Shown here in pieces: positions 1 to 11,550 of a stretch of DNA of 64,000 bases. This stretch comes from Camelus dromedarius. Lineage: Eukaryota. Each line of letters opens with the position of its first letter. Position 1 is the first letter of the stretch. Position numbers and translations under genes: made by a program. The notes beneath the pieces were generated by a model, which saw only the letters and a program-made list of their open reading frames with translations, ran no database searches and was not told the origin of the DNA. Where the stretch lies: contig NC_087437.1 of assembly GCF_036321535.1 (NCBI RefSeq), forward strand, positions 71,922,001-71,986,000, written 5' to 3'.

Positions 1-1201
1 TGTAGAATTCCCTACCACCTCTTCCTCATAGATCGTGAGTCCCCTAACTAAAATGAATCCCCTTTTCTTTCTACTCCATCAGAAATAGGTGGGGCTCTCT
101 TACAACCAGTGAGGCTAGCCATGTCTCACATGCATGGTAACTAATGCCCCAAATGTTACATGACCTTATCAGATACGTCCGGCTGCTGACTGTGCAGGGC
201 AGAGGGAGAAGAGTATCTCCAGGCCCGACCATCCTGGCTCTCACACAGAGCTGTTTCTATGACTATAATGAACCCTCTCTATCCTTCAGCCCCCACTTCT
301 AACTCTACCCCAAGACTCTATGTCCATGATGTAGTCCATGAGACAGACTCGAGATGACCTGGCCTCCTGGCACTCAGATCTCCTAATTCTGATTTCTGTG
401 GCTGCCCACCCATCACTCTGTTCTGCTGGACACCAAGCAGCCCCACCATTGACCTCCCTATAGCCCAAGCCCTGCGAGCTCTTGATGACTGAGGCTAGTG
501 TCCTCAGAGTGACTGATGTAGGACCCAACGTCAGCAGAGCTCTGACCACTCCTCTCAGTTTAGAAACTTGTGTAGGCAGGACATTAGCTCAAAATGCCCT
601 AAAAAATGAGAAATCCTTAAAGCCTGAGTGGTGCTCCTTGGAAGTAAGTCAAGGCACTCTGTAGCCAAGTTTGGGTTCATAAGTGGCCAGCTTCTCTGCT
701 CTTCCAAGGTTGTAAGGACACTGGGAAGGGGGCTGTTGCTTCTGGAAACTCAGATGCTGCCCTCTTGGCAACTGGTGGAGGGCTTTCTAATCCTGCAGGA
801 GGGCAGCTTTACCTATTCAGGTGCCTTTCTGGGATTTTGGCCCCATCTGAAGGAGGGAGCTGTGACCCATAAGGCTGGGAGGATGTGACTGGGGAAAACA
901 GAAGGGGCAGAATGGCTCTAGCTTATTATAGGTGCCTGATTGTACATGTCTAAGCTTGGCTCCCTCTCCAGCCCTGCTCACCTAGGAATGGTGACTGAAT
1001 CACTCCCCCTACCCCTGCTTCCAGAAATGCAGTGTATTGGGGGATCTTTTTTTAGCTGCAATGAGTTTTGCTGTAACTCCAGAATGCCAGAATCTTTATC
1101 TTTGAGGAAAAACAGTAGCAACAACATGATGTAAACAGGAAGCATGTGGATGTCCAGCAGAAGACATGCCACTATGATATGCAGAGGTGAAGAAAGTCAT
1201 G

Positions 1202-1371
1202 TTTTTTTTTAATTCTCAGATATTACCTCTTTTTTTCTTTTTTTTTGGGAGGGGGGTAATAAGATTTGTTTGTTTGTATATTTGTTTGTTTATTAACGGA
1301 GGTACTGGGGATTGAACTCAGGACCTCGTGCATGCTAAGCACGCACTCTACCACTGAGCTATACCCTGCCC
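1202..1371 (-). mobile_element. tRNA-Ala(AGC)-derived SINE, camelid (Vic-1-like) type
   Basis: Minus strand reads GGGCAGGGTATAGCTCAGTGGTAGAGTGCGTGCTTAGCATGCACGAGGTCCTGAGTTCAATCCCCAGTACCTCC, then an (AAAC)-rich segment, ATTACCCCCC and an A-tail. A box and B box are present. Possible TSD aagaaagtca / aacaaagtca. Confidence 0.9.
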
Positions 1372-1649
1372 ACCAACAAAGTCAAACAATTATGCACACA
1401 TGTCATCAAAGCATTTTAGAATCGTCCTTTCACTTTCACACACACCTAGCCTGTGGAGCTTTGGGCCTGTGTGTTCACCTACAGCAGACAAACGGATGGA
1501 ATGGCTGTCAGAATAAGTCCAAGCCCTCTTACCTAGCAAAACAACCAGGAGCAGCAAGTGGAGAGGATCTGAACACAGATTCTCACCTGACCCCTCCGCC
1601 ATCTGCTTTGATTCCTGATCATTCTCCAACTTGCACCAGTCACATAAGA

Positions 1650-2710
1650 AACAACTGATTGACATTCAATATAGTGTATGATCAAGAAGGTAATAAAAAA
1701 CTCTTTTATCAGAAGGCCTTTCTAAGTATGAAACAAAACCTAAAAATTAGAAGAAATTAAAGGATTAATAAATTTGACTACATATAAACTAAATGTCTCT
1801 GCAAGGAAAAAATCCTTGATAAGCAGAATCAAAAGCCACATGACACTGGGGGAAAACATGCATCTGACATCTCAGACAAATGGTTAATTTTCCTCATAAA
1901 TAAACAACTTGGAAAATATCAATAAATAAATCTTCCCAATCCAGTAGAAGAAAAGGTAAAAGGATATTAATAGATATTTAACAGAAAAGAATATACAAAT
2001 AGCTCTGAAATGTGCAAAAGATGAATAATCTCATTCATAATAAGAGAAACCACTTAAAAATACACTGACAAATCACTATTCACCTATCAAATTGACAAAG
2101 TCCAAAAAGTTTGATAAACTGAGTTGGTGACGGTTTAGGGAAATAGGTATCCCCATACACTATAAACAGAAGTGTCAAATAATATGCTTTATAAAGAGAA
2201 ATTTGGCAATATTTATCATAATCACAAGTGCTCATACCATTTTACTCCCTTCTTGGAATTTATCATAAAATATCCTCTCACCTGTGAAATGATGCATATA
2301 TAATACTATCTATTGCATCATTATTTTAAATAATAAAAGCTTGGAAACAACAAACATCCATTAACAGGGGCTAAATTATAACAGAAGAAACATTTTCAGC
2401 TTAAAAAAGAATGAGTATGGGTTTTTATGCGCCAATATGAAAGATTTTTAAGATGTATTAAGTGAAAAAAAGAGGTACAAAGCAGTATGTAGTATATGCC
2501 ATCTTTCTGTTGAACAAAGTGGGGAAATGGGTGTACATACGTTCCTGTATATAAAATAGCTATGCAAAGATACACCCCAAACTGGTAATAGTGGTTGTCC
2601 TGAGCAAGCGGAGTAGGTGGCAGATGTGTAGGAGATATTTTAAATATATCCTTTCAAAATTCCTAAATTTTAAACCAGGTGAATGTATTACCTCTTCAAA
2701 ATGTTTAAAG
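1650..2710 (+). mobile_element. Old L1 (L1ME-like), ORF2 3' end plus 3' UTR
   Basis: A-rich, with degenerate L1 3' motifs (aaaagccacatgacactgggggaaaacat, ctcattcataataagagaaa, ggaaacaac, gtgaatgtattacct). No intact ORF. Confidence 0.8.
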
Positions 2711-3439
2711 CAATTTACTTCTGCTTTTGCGAAATATCAATTCATTTAACCATCAGCTTCAAAAATTAAAATCTCAGATAAAAATCTCTTCAATGAATGC
2801 AGCAAATAGCCTTTTAAAAATTCATTATTCTTAATTCACGGTTGGGTAAGGAAGAGAGAGATGGAGAGTGTGAGAAAGTTGGAGGCATAGGTGCCATCCA
2901 GGAGACCAGAGAGGGGTGATGGGGAATGAGGCAGGAGATGGACAAGGAAAGATGAATGCACAGAGAGAGAATCACAAATTAGACAGATAGGCAGAGATAG
3001 CAGTTGCTGCAGTAGGTGCTGCCCTGGGTGAAAATGCTGCTACTGCTCTTTGACATCCACGTCCGGGTGTGCTTCAGACCAAACTGTCCTTTGTTACTAC
3101 CGCTCTTTGAGGCTGAGTTTATTTTTCCATGGACTTCTTGGGGTTTCTCTTGTGTATAAGGAATTGACAAAGGTTTGAGAAATTTACTCAGGAAACATGG
3201 AGGTCCTCTGACCCCACCAGAGAAAATAAACAAGTGTAACGTGGTACTTATGGGAGGATAAAATAACTGTGACTTCATGATTTGGCAGATTATATCAATA
3301 ATATGAATTGTGGGTATTCAGTGGGTTTATGGGATTTACCTACATATGCACATGTATGGTTAAGGTGTGAGAACAACTTATAATTCCACATAATTTACCC
3401 CAGTATATTTTGCTTCCTTATTAATAATGATGACTTTGC

Positions 3440-3625
3440 TCCCGTGACACTTTAAACAAACCTCCACTTTAGAAAGTTTCGACTACACTAGAATGGTTTG
3501 CTTACGTATCTTCCCTCATGCACTAGTCTGTGAACTTTCTGAGGGTAGTGGGTTTTTACTGTTACCATCTTCGTATTCCCAAACCCAGCACGTCACAGGT
3601 GAGTACTGCTGAGCTGAACTGAATT
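3440..3625 (+). mobile_element. L2 3'-end fragment
   Basis: cactagtctgtgaactttctgagggtag...ccatcttcgtattcccaaacccagcac...gctgaactgaa resembles the L2 3' terminus. Confidence 0.6.
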
Positions 3626-4045
3626 CAGATTGCTGGCAATTAGGGGATGTGTTTCGCAGCATGCAACGGAGACCCAACAAACAGTGGGTTAAACAAGGTA
3701 TGACTCACATAATAAAAAAGTACACAGGTGGCAGGCCCCTCTTAGTGCCGTTTCCGCTGGGAATCATCAAGCATCTAGGCTGCTTTGGTATTACTGCTCC
3801 AGCCTGGCATTCAGCGGTCCTTTTCACAGTGAAATGTGCTGGCCCTGGCATTCCCTGGTGTCCTCACTCTCCTCCCAAGTGCGACTAAGTTTGGAGGCCA
3901 AAGTACTGCAACTGCTCAGTGCCCCACCCGGGGAGCTCCGCTTACGTCTCATTGGCCAGAACTGGATCACGTGGCCTCGCCTGGGCGCAGTGGCCTCTGG
4001 GAGGCTGAGTGCTTTCACCCAGAGCACTGCTGCAGCTCGTAATAC

Positions 4046-4532
4046 TGTTGCGGAAAAATGTGTTACAGCTCCGTGTTACAGTTCAGTGTGACAGCAACCT
4101 GGATCCAGGGGAGAGACCAAGCAGCACTTGGAGAGTTGGAGAACTCAGGTTTATTACGCCACTAGACCCAGAAGAGTTAACACTCCAAGCTCCCAACCCC
4201 GTCTGTAGGTTTACACAGGCCTTTTATAGGCTGCCAGTTTTACACTTTGCAACATCATATGCAAATAAAGTATAACAGAAGTTGACCAACCAGGAACAAG
4301 CTCTGTAGAAATAGACCAATCAGGAGTGAGAGAAATAACCAATCAAGAGTGACGGAAATGACCAATCAGAAATGAACTCAGGGAACTAATAGAATTTTAG
4401 GTGTAAGTTAGCCGCTTTTAGAGGCAAAAAGTGAGATAGAGCCTCTGGGCCAGGGAACCCGAGGGTGCTGGCAGGAGAATAGTGGCCCTGCCTGGGGGTC
4501 CTGCCGGTCTTTTTATGGGGCTTCCCGCCTCA
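4046..4532 (-). mobile_element. Solo LTR of a class I (gamma-like) ERV, 487 bp
   Basis: TG...CA termini and a perfect 4-bp TSD ATAC (4042-4045 / 4533-4536). On the minus strand: TATAAAA (4228-4222) and AATAAA (4155-4150). Also three CCAAT boxes and an octamer ATGCAAAT (4259-4266). Confidence 0.92.
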
Positions 4533-4569
4533 ATACAATCAAGGTGCTTTTAGTACGGGGGCGCAGGGC

Positions 4570-4588
4570 GGGGGGGGGGGGGGGGGGG
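4570..4588 (+). repeat. G19 homopolymer in a G-rich tract
   Basis: 19 consecutive G read directly from the sequence. Confidence 0.9.
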
Positions 4589-5869
4589 ACGGAATAAAGA
4601 GGAGTGTCGGTCACAAGTGGTAAAGGCCAAAAATACAAACACATCTCCAGGCCTGAAACTTGTCTCCTTCGCTGCATTTCTCCTGACTGGTAGGAGGGGG
4701 CGGGTGGCGGTGGTGGTGGGGGGTGGTGACGTTCCACGCTCATGCTAATCCCAGCCGGTTCAATTTGACTATGGAAAATCCGAGGCCCTACATTACCTTC
4801 CTCCCAACGCCCCCCTTTCCCAGGAGTGATGTTCCTGGTATCTTCTAAGACTCTAATAAAGTAACATATGTACCAGGGGGCCGTACATTCCCTAGACTCC
4901 TTGGGCTGTTTTCAGGGTTGAGGGTGGGATATTCATTCCTGAGGGGCAGATTTGGATGCAAATTCCTTCTCACTCTGTTGCTCTTCTGCAATTCCAGCCC
5001 CTCCCCTCAATTCAGCAGTCCTCCGTGGACTGTACCATGGGATTGCCTCCATTAGTGGATTTCTTACAAACATCTGGTGGCAAAGCCTTGCCTGTTCCAA
5101 AGCTCTGAGTCCCTTCAGACCACAGGCGTTCTCCTGGATGGTCAAGCGATCTTTCCCCTGAGTCTGAAGAGGAAATTTGTGCTGGTCTCCTGTGCTTCTA
5201 TCTGAGCAGGGGAAGGTTGTTTATCCCACATAATTAATGGACAGAGAAGCTGAGCCTAATTTATTTTACTCATAGGAATGCAAGTCTGCTCTTTCAAGAG
5301 AAGAATGCATGTCTGCCTCACCCAAGTCAACTCACAATTTCCCAAAAGGGGTAGATACACTTGGGCAAAAGGTGAGAGGAAGGATTAATTCTCAAGTAAT
5401 CTAAAAGAGAAATTAAACACATTTTTAAAAGAAATCATGTTTCTGTTTTGGTCTCACCATCTTAAGCTCTTTGTGTGATCATCTAAAATTACTGAAAGGC
5501 ATTTAGTGAGGATTTTTGGATTAGGGCTGTGTTACAGATTAGATTTCTGCCGCACTTCAGAATTTTCTAGCTCTTTAGGAAGTCAACATCCTTTAACTTG
5601 TCTTGAACCAAAATTATTGGATTTTATTCACACATCTGAAGCTAGAGAACAGCACATTTCAAATGCCTGCTAGCTGTATACAGAGCAGTGTGCTAGCAAC
5701 AGCGTTAAATTACAAAGGTCATGGCTCTGAGACCCTGTCAAACTGCATTTGCAAAACTCTTTGCAGATGAGTTTCGTGAATTCTTTAGAGTAAATCAGCA
5801 AAACTTACATCCTTCTCAGCAAAGGTCATTAATTCCACACTGGTAGTAGTCACGAGTCTGTGCAGTGGT

Positions 5870-6080
5870 AAAGGAGAGAGTGGAATGGGAAAGGCATGGT
5901 TTCAGACCCAAGTATATGTTTGGATTCCAGCTCTGCTGCTTCCATTAGGGAAGTTACCCCTGGCGAGTAGCTTCTGTTTGCCTGTTTCTTCATCTGTAAT
6001 CCTGCCTTGCAGGACTGTTGTTACTGAATGTAAAGTTCTTGACTCGTGGCAAGGTACTCGGTAGATGATAATTATAATTC
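5870..6080 (+). mobile_element. MIR SINE
   Basis: ggattccagctctgct...cctgtttcttcatctgtaa...ctgccttgcaggactgttg matches the MIR core. Confidence 0.7.
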
Positions 6081-6229
6081 ATATACAAAGCTTTTCCCAG
6101 GGTTTAACTTTCTCTGAAACCTGCTAAACTGAAAACAGGGTGGGCACTGGCCCTAGCACTACCTTCCAAGACATGAAGACTGTTGTCACTGACTTGGTGT
6201 GGAGCCTCTCCTGCTCTCCCACCTCTGTT

Positions 6230-6410
6230 GACTCTGCATGGAACAGTTTCTCCCGGCCAGACATCATCTCCTCCGGGAAACTTCTCTGGAGCACCAGGAT
6301 TGGGTTAGGCGCCCGAATGCCCCCAGAGCCCCCGGGCTAACCTCTGCGGCAGCCCTTAACCGACAGTGTTCTCATCGCCTGCCTGCACCGGGCACTGTTT
6401 TGCTTTGTTT
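6230..6410 (+). mobile_element. L2 fragment, unusually CpG-rich
   Basis: catcatctcctccgggaaacttctctgg...gggttaggcgcc resembles the L2 motif tcacctcctccaggaagccttccctg...gggttaggtgcc. Confidence 0.55.
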
Positions 6411-6439
6411 TGACAGGGTATAGGTCATAGTAGCCACTC

Positions 6440-6840
6440 TTTTTTTTTAAACAGCTTTATTGAGGTATAATTTAAATACCATAAAATCCACTCATTTTCC
6501 ATGTACAATTCAATGGTTTTTCATTTGACAGAGTTGTGCAATCATCAGCACAATTTCGTATTAGAACAGCTCTACCACCCCGAAGAGATCCCTTGTGCTC
6601 ATCCACGGTCACCCTGTCCCCCAGCCCCAGGCAATCACTAATCTACTTTCTATCTTGATAGACTTATCTTTTCTGGACATTTTATACAAGTGGAATTATA
6701 TACCATTATGGTTTTTTTTTTTGGGCATCTCAATTTCAGTTAGCATGAAGTTTTTGAGTTTTATACGCATTGTAGTCTGTATCAGTAGCTTGTTCCTTTC
6801 TCTTGAAGTATAGCATTCCGTTGCATGCATACACAGACTG
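6440..6840 (-). mobile_element. L1 3' end (L1MB/MC-like)
   Basis: T-run followed by aacagctttattgaggtataattt...cccagccccaggcaatcactaatctactttct, the antisense L1M 3' UTR. Confidence 0.85.
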
Positions 6841-7169
6841 TTCTGTGAACTAGTGTGTATCCCACAGCTAGTTTGGTGCCTGCATATTACAGTAACAGCT
6901 GAGAAAATGTTTGTTGCTGGAATGAAGTTCACGCTGTGATAATGTGATACGTGTGCCATGTTTTGGCAATGACAGCTCATTAACTGGAGGGACCCCTTGG
7001 TCACTTCTTACCTGGCCACTTTACCTTGTGTGGATTTTTAAAATTCTGAAGTGAGAAACACCCCTTCTCCTACTCCCAGCTGTTTTGACCTTACTTTCTT
7101 CTCATTCTTCATGCCAAATTGAATGCTCATATTTGTCCCAGTACATAGTGGGAACCTCATAAATATTTA

Positions 7170-7272
7170 ATCACTTATTCAAATACTTATGTATTGAGCA
7201 CCTGCTGTGTATGTTATTTTAGGTGCTTGGAATACATCAGTGAACAAAACAGACAAAAGTCTCTACTTTCCT
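7170..7272 (-). mobile_element. L2 3' end
   Basis: tattcaaatacttatgtattgagcacctgctgtgt...ggtgcttggaatacatcagtgaacaaaacagacaaaagt. Confidence 0.75.
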
Positions 7273-7349
7273 AATGATGAATGTTTCCAAATTTGGGTAT
7301 CCACAATATCAGAAGTGCTTAAGAATTTGGCCCATATAAGCCTAAATGA

Positions 7350-8030
7350 GTTTTTCAAAACTCACTAGACACGAGGTCAAAAGAGATGAATAAATTACTT
7401 ACATAGGAGGAAATATGGAATATTATTCAACACATAGAAAACAGATCAGCCTCAGTAATAATGAAAGAAATTAAAATATAAACAACTTCATAGAAGTTAG
7501 TGGAAACATTATATAATTTTAATTAATCAAAATTAAATCTATTAATTAAATTAAATTAAATTAAAATTATTTATACAATGTAGATGGTGTTATAGAAAAT
7601 AAAAAATGCTCATAAACTGCTGATGCCATTACAAACTGAATGGGTCTTTGGAAGTGAATCACATCACTGATTTAGAAATTTAATTTTTTTCATGAATGTC
7701 CTAAGGAAATAATTGAGGGGAAAAGTTATACCAGTGCTATTATTAAAAGGAAAAAAAATATTCCAAATATCCCACCATTGATGAGTAAATAAGAAACCTA
7801 AGGTATGATTGGATGGAATGCCCTTATCTACTGTCCAAAAACAATGAGAAAACCATACACTTTGTGATACACAGAACGTATATACAAAGTAACAGATAAA
7901 ACAAAGAATGAAAAATATTATGAGAACTGATTATAGCTATATAAAATACGTGTCAGAAAACAGCATAAAGTGATACACGTATTTGTATTTGAGAAGTTTT
8001 TTTGTGACATGTATAATGGATTTTTAAAAC
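7350..8030 (+). mobile_element. Highly degraded L1ME-like fragment
   Basis: A-rich with remnants such as agcctcagtaataatgaaagaaatt and ctcataaactgctgatg. Confidence 0.5.
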
Positions 8031-8574
8031 TCAGTAGCCATTCTTCCCTGCTCCTCCTGCCCCACCCCCCACCCCCTCTTACACAGCAAAGTCTGATTTC
8101 TTTGCAAAATATAATCTCTACTTCTACCTCCTCTTCCAGTTTCTCATGTAAGTAAATTAAAAGGACACTATTATTCTCAGGTGCTGCTCCCAGGCCAACT
8201 TCGCCAGCACAGATTCTCAGGAACTGTAGTGCTGCAAGGTTAGAAACGACCTAGAGGCTGACCAGTCCACGCTTACAGTTCATAGTGGCAGGATTTGCCA
8301 TCCATAAAGGGAAGAGTCTTGCCCAAGCTCTCTCAGCTAGTTAGTGGCCAGGATAGTATACAACATAAGTCTCAATCTTCTTCACCACTGAAGACAGTCC
8401 CCGGTACAGATTAAGAATCTAACATAATCTGTTGAATGACTGACTGGCTTTTATAACAGAAAATTGATATGCCAGAATTGACCAAAGTGCCCACATCCTG
8501 GGGTTCTTGGCTCTGGGTAGCCAGCTGAGTCAACATCTGAGTGTGAAAGATTTGAGAACTCGTAGAGCAGAACC

Positions 8575-8650
8575 AAAAAAACAGAACAAAACAACAAAAC
8601 AACAAAACCAAAAACCAAAAACCAAACAAAAAACAAGAAAAGAAAACCTA
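8575..8650 (+). repeat. A-rich (CAAAA)-like low-complexity tract
   Basis: Read directly from the sequence. Confidence 0.85.
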
Positions 8651-9584
8651 AAGCAGTACTCTGCCTTCGTCGAAGGCTGCTATTCTACCTAAAATACTTG
8701 GAACAGTCCTAATTTTCATGGGTGTGCCTGCTGTCCGGCAGATCTAGGTCCTGGACCAATTAAAAGCTATGAGTTTATTTTGGTTTATTTTAGGCGGCTT
8801 GCTGTGGCATCTTCCTGTTTTAAGTTGACAACGGTGCCTGGTGGGGCCAACACTTGGACTCTTATTTGGATTAGAGCAGAATGCTCATTCTCTTATTTTG
8901 AAAGGAAGCAGGGCTGGTATAGGAGGTCTAGGGAGAACCCTGGAGGGAGACGGTGACATCTCTCACTGCAGAACTGGGGCAATGTAAAAAAAACTGAGTT
9001 GAAAAAAGGCGTCTGGCTACTTGTGTTTGTTTGGGAAGCAGTCCAGGCTAGAGGGGAAGATCTCCATTCTAATGTGTGGAGCCATCCTGGGGAAGCCACT
9101 CTGGTCTGTTTCTCCATGGGTAAATGACAATCCTGATTAAGAAGCCCAGAGGAAGTAACGGATAGGAAAAAAATTCGGAAAATATAAAGTGCTCTACAAA
9201 CTAGTAGTGGTGATGGCGGTGGCTGAAACTGAATTCAGCAGGGACAATAATTTAAAAAAAAAGCAGTTGGTGTGATGTCATTTCTTTTGACAGGACAGTG
9301 GGTAGGAGAGAGTGATTAGAGGAGGCCAGGCTCATAAACAGGGAGGGAAATGACTGAATGGCAGGTTTTAGACAACAAGGAGAAGGGGAAAAAGTCTTTG
9401 GTTACTTTCCTCTTGTCCATCTCCCTTCCAGCTGCCGCTAAACACTAAGCAGTCGTGAACCATGGCCAAAGTTTAGCCTCCCCTTTTCACTGTCCTTTCC
9501 CTAACAGCAGGGGGCTCATCATGCGACCCCGGCAAATAGCTGTGGTTAAATAGAAAGGACAACAGACAGATTTGAGAGCTTGGG

Positions 9585-9900
9585 TGTGGATCCGGGTTCC
9601 TCCACACGTAAGCTGCGTGACCTGGAAAGGTTTTTTTCATTTTCATCCCAGGTTTCCTCATCTGTAGCCAAGGGAAGAACAACCTGTCTAACCTCCCATA
9701 TAGGGTGTACCCCAATGAAGTAATGAACGTGAACACCTGTTACAAACTGCAACATGCATTACAGATGCCTTTTGTTGTTATTCCTTAGTTTCTTTTGGCC
9801 TCAGTTTCTGCATCTGTCAAATGGGGACAATGACATCTATCTTACCAGGCTATTAACAGCTCTATGTGAAAGCCCTCTGCATAGAACTGAGTCTCACATT
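9585..9900 (+). mobile_element. Two adjacent MIR fragments
   Basis: ggtttcctcatctgta and gcctcagtttctgcatctgtcaaatggggacaatg cores. Confidence 0.7.
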
Positions 9901-10962
9901 ACAGCTCGCCTGAGATTTGTCTGCTCCTAGTTCTCGACTACATGCCGGAACAGTTATTTCCAATGTGACAACCTTTCTACATCGTTGTTAAATTTCACTC
10001 TCCGAGAACTTGCAGTTTACTTAGTAAGTGAAGACCGTTCCATGGTTTAGCTAACCACCCCTCTCATATGGGAACCTGCCACTCCAGGAGGCTGGGACCC
10101 ACACTGGACACAAGAAGCTCTTAGTTCCCTTCTCCAAGGGGCCTTAGGCAGTCCACTTACTCCCGACACCCCAGCCATGCTGATTAGAGGGAGACCTGGG
10201 ACGAGATGAGAAAGCCAAGTGGATGGTGACAATGAGGAGACACTAAAAAGGAGCTTGCAGACCTGTGCTGATAAAATCCCAGGGGATGCTGAGCAAGAGG
10301 AGGGGCCGTGTCCACCAGGCCTGCCGTCTCCTGTCTCCTCTCCCAAACAGATAGCCCCTTCCATTCACGTCCACATGCGTCTATTCTCTGCCTCTTGAGT
10401 GGGTCTGAAACTGGAAAACATCTGCACTAGTTTCGTCTGGGTGTGATTTATAAGGACTCCCTGCGGTCCCCTCTCTCCCTTCACCTCCCCTTCACCTCTG
10501 GGGCTTGGGGGTTTCAGGTTTTTTTTTTTTTTTTTTTAAACAGGCTTGTGTTTCTTGAGACTGGGTCACCTTGATTTATTATGCCCTGGACTCATTAACA
10601 AAAGACTCTGGGACAGGTCATTTATTTTCTGAGTGGCGATTTCCTGTCCTGCCCTAGCCCTGCTCGGCAGGGGCCCAGTGGAGCACAGACTTCCATTAGC
10701 TGCATGGTCACCATGGGAGGACGGGATGGAGCAAGGAAGGTTCAGGAGGCAGAAAACGTCTCTTTTCTTAAGAGCTTTTTTCCTCACTTTAATGATTTCC
10801 TTTGGAGTCCCTTTTGGTAGTTATTTCCTTGTTTTCCTCCTTCAGCGAATGGGACAAAAAAGTTTAACAAATAAGCTGTGGGATCACCTTCTTAAAGGAA
10901 GAAACACTGGCCTTTCTTCTCTATTTCAAATTTGAATTGTTTAACATTTATATGCAAAAAAT

Positions 10963-10987
10963 TATATATATATATATATATATATAT
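10963..10987. repeat. (TA)12 microsatellite
   Basis: Read directly from the sequence. Confidence 0.95.
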
Positions 10988-11049
10988 GGTACTAGTGGGC
11001 ACCCAAGCTAAGCATGATTTAGGTGAATTAAAATTTATGTTCACTAGGG

Positions 11050-11420
11050 TCAGCATTTTGGTCAGACTTTTATTAAAATTATGCATTCATCTTTGAGCAC
11101 TAATAACCTGAGCTGTTCATAATTTAGAGATACACCATAAGGCAAAAATGAAATTACTCAAGATTTTCAGATAGGACCTTGGGAGGAAGATGAAAGAAAC
11201 TAGCATTGTTTAGCCTGAAGTTCAGAGGCTGAAGAATGCTGTATTAACTGTTCTCAGATCTCTGGAAGGTAGTTATATATAGGAATGATGGTGACCAGCT
11301 GTCTTTCTGACTACACTAAGGATGGAATAAAAAGGAGTAGAATTACCTTATAGTAAAGTGATAGGATAATAGTCATAAAGGTGAGTAGCCATGGCTAAAG
11401 TCTGTCAAGAAAGATGTGAT
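11050..11420 (+). mobile_element. L3/CR1 LINE 3' fragment
   Basis: gatgaaagaaactagcattgtttagcctgaag...gaggctgaagaatg...actgttctcagatctctggaagg resembles the CR1 'LKELGLFSLEKRRLRG' region. Confidence 0.65.
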
Positions 11421-11439
11421 ACATCTGTAAGGTTGTATG

Positions 11440-11550
11440 GTTGTTATTCCCTTTTACAGATTTATGAATAGAGGCTCAGAGAGGTTAAGCAATTTTCCCA
11501 AGATCATACAGTGAGGAAATGACAGGATCAGGTCTAGCTGACCCCACTTA
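11440..11550 (-). mobile_element. MIR SINE
   Basis: ttattcccttttacaga...gaggctcagagaggttaagcaattttcccaagatcataca. Confidence 0.8.

Larger units (their letters stand above)
3635..4614 (-). mobile_element. MaLR LTR (MLT1J/K-like), split by the solo LTR at 4046-4532
   Basis: aacagtgggttaaacaag and ctcattggccagaactggatcacgtggcc are typical MLT1 antisense motifs. The element resumes after the inserted LTR (aatcaaggtgcttttagta...tcggtcaca). Confidence 0.65.

Noticed and set aside
1297..1371. Functional tRNA-Ala gene
   Set aside because: The acceptor and T stems have mismatches, and it carries a SINE-type tail and possible TSD, so it is treated as a SINE.
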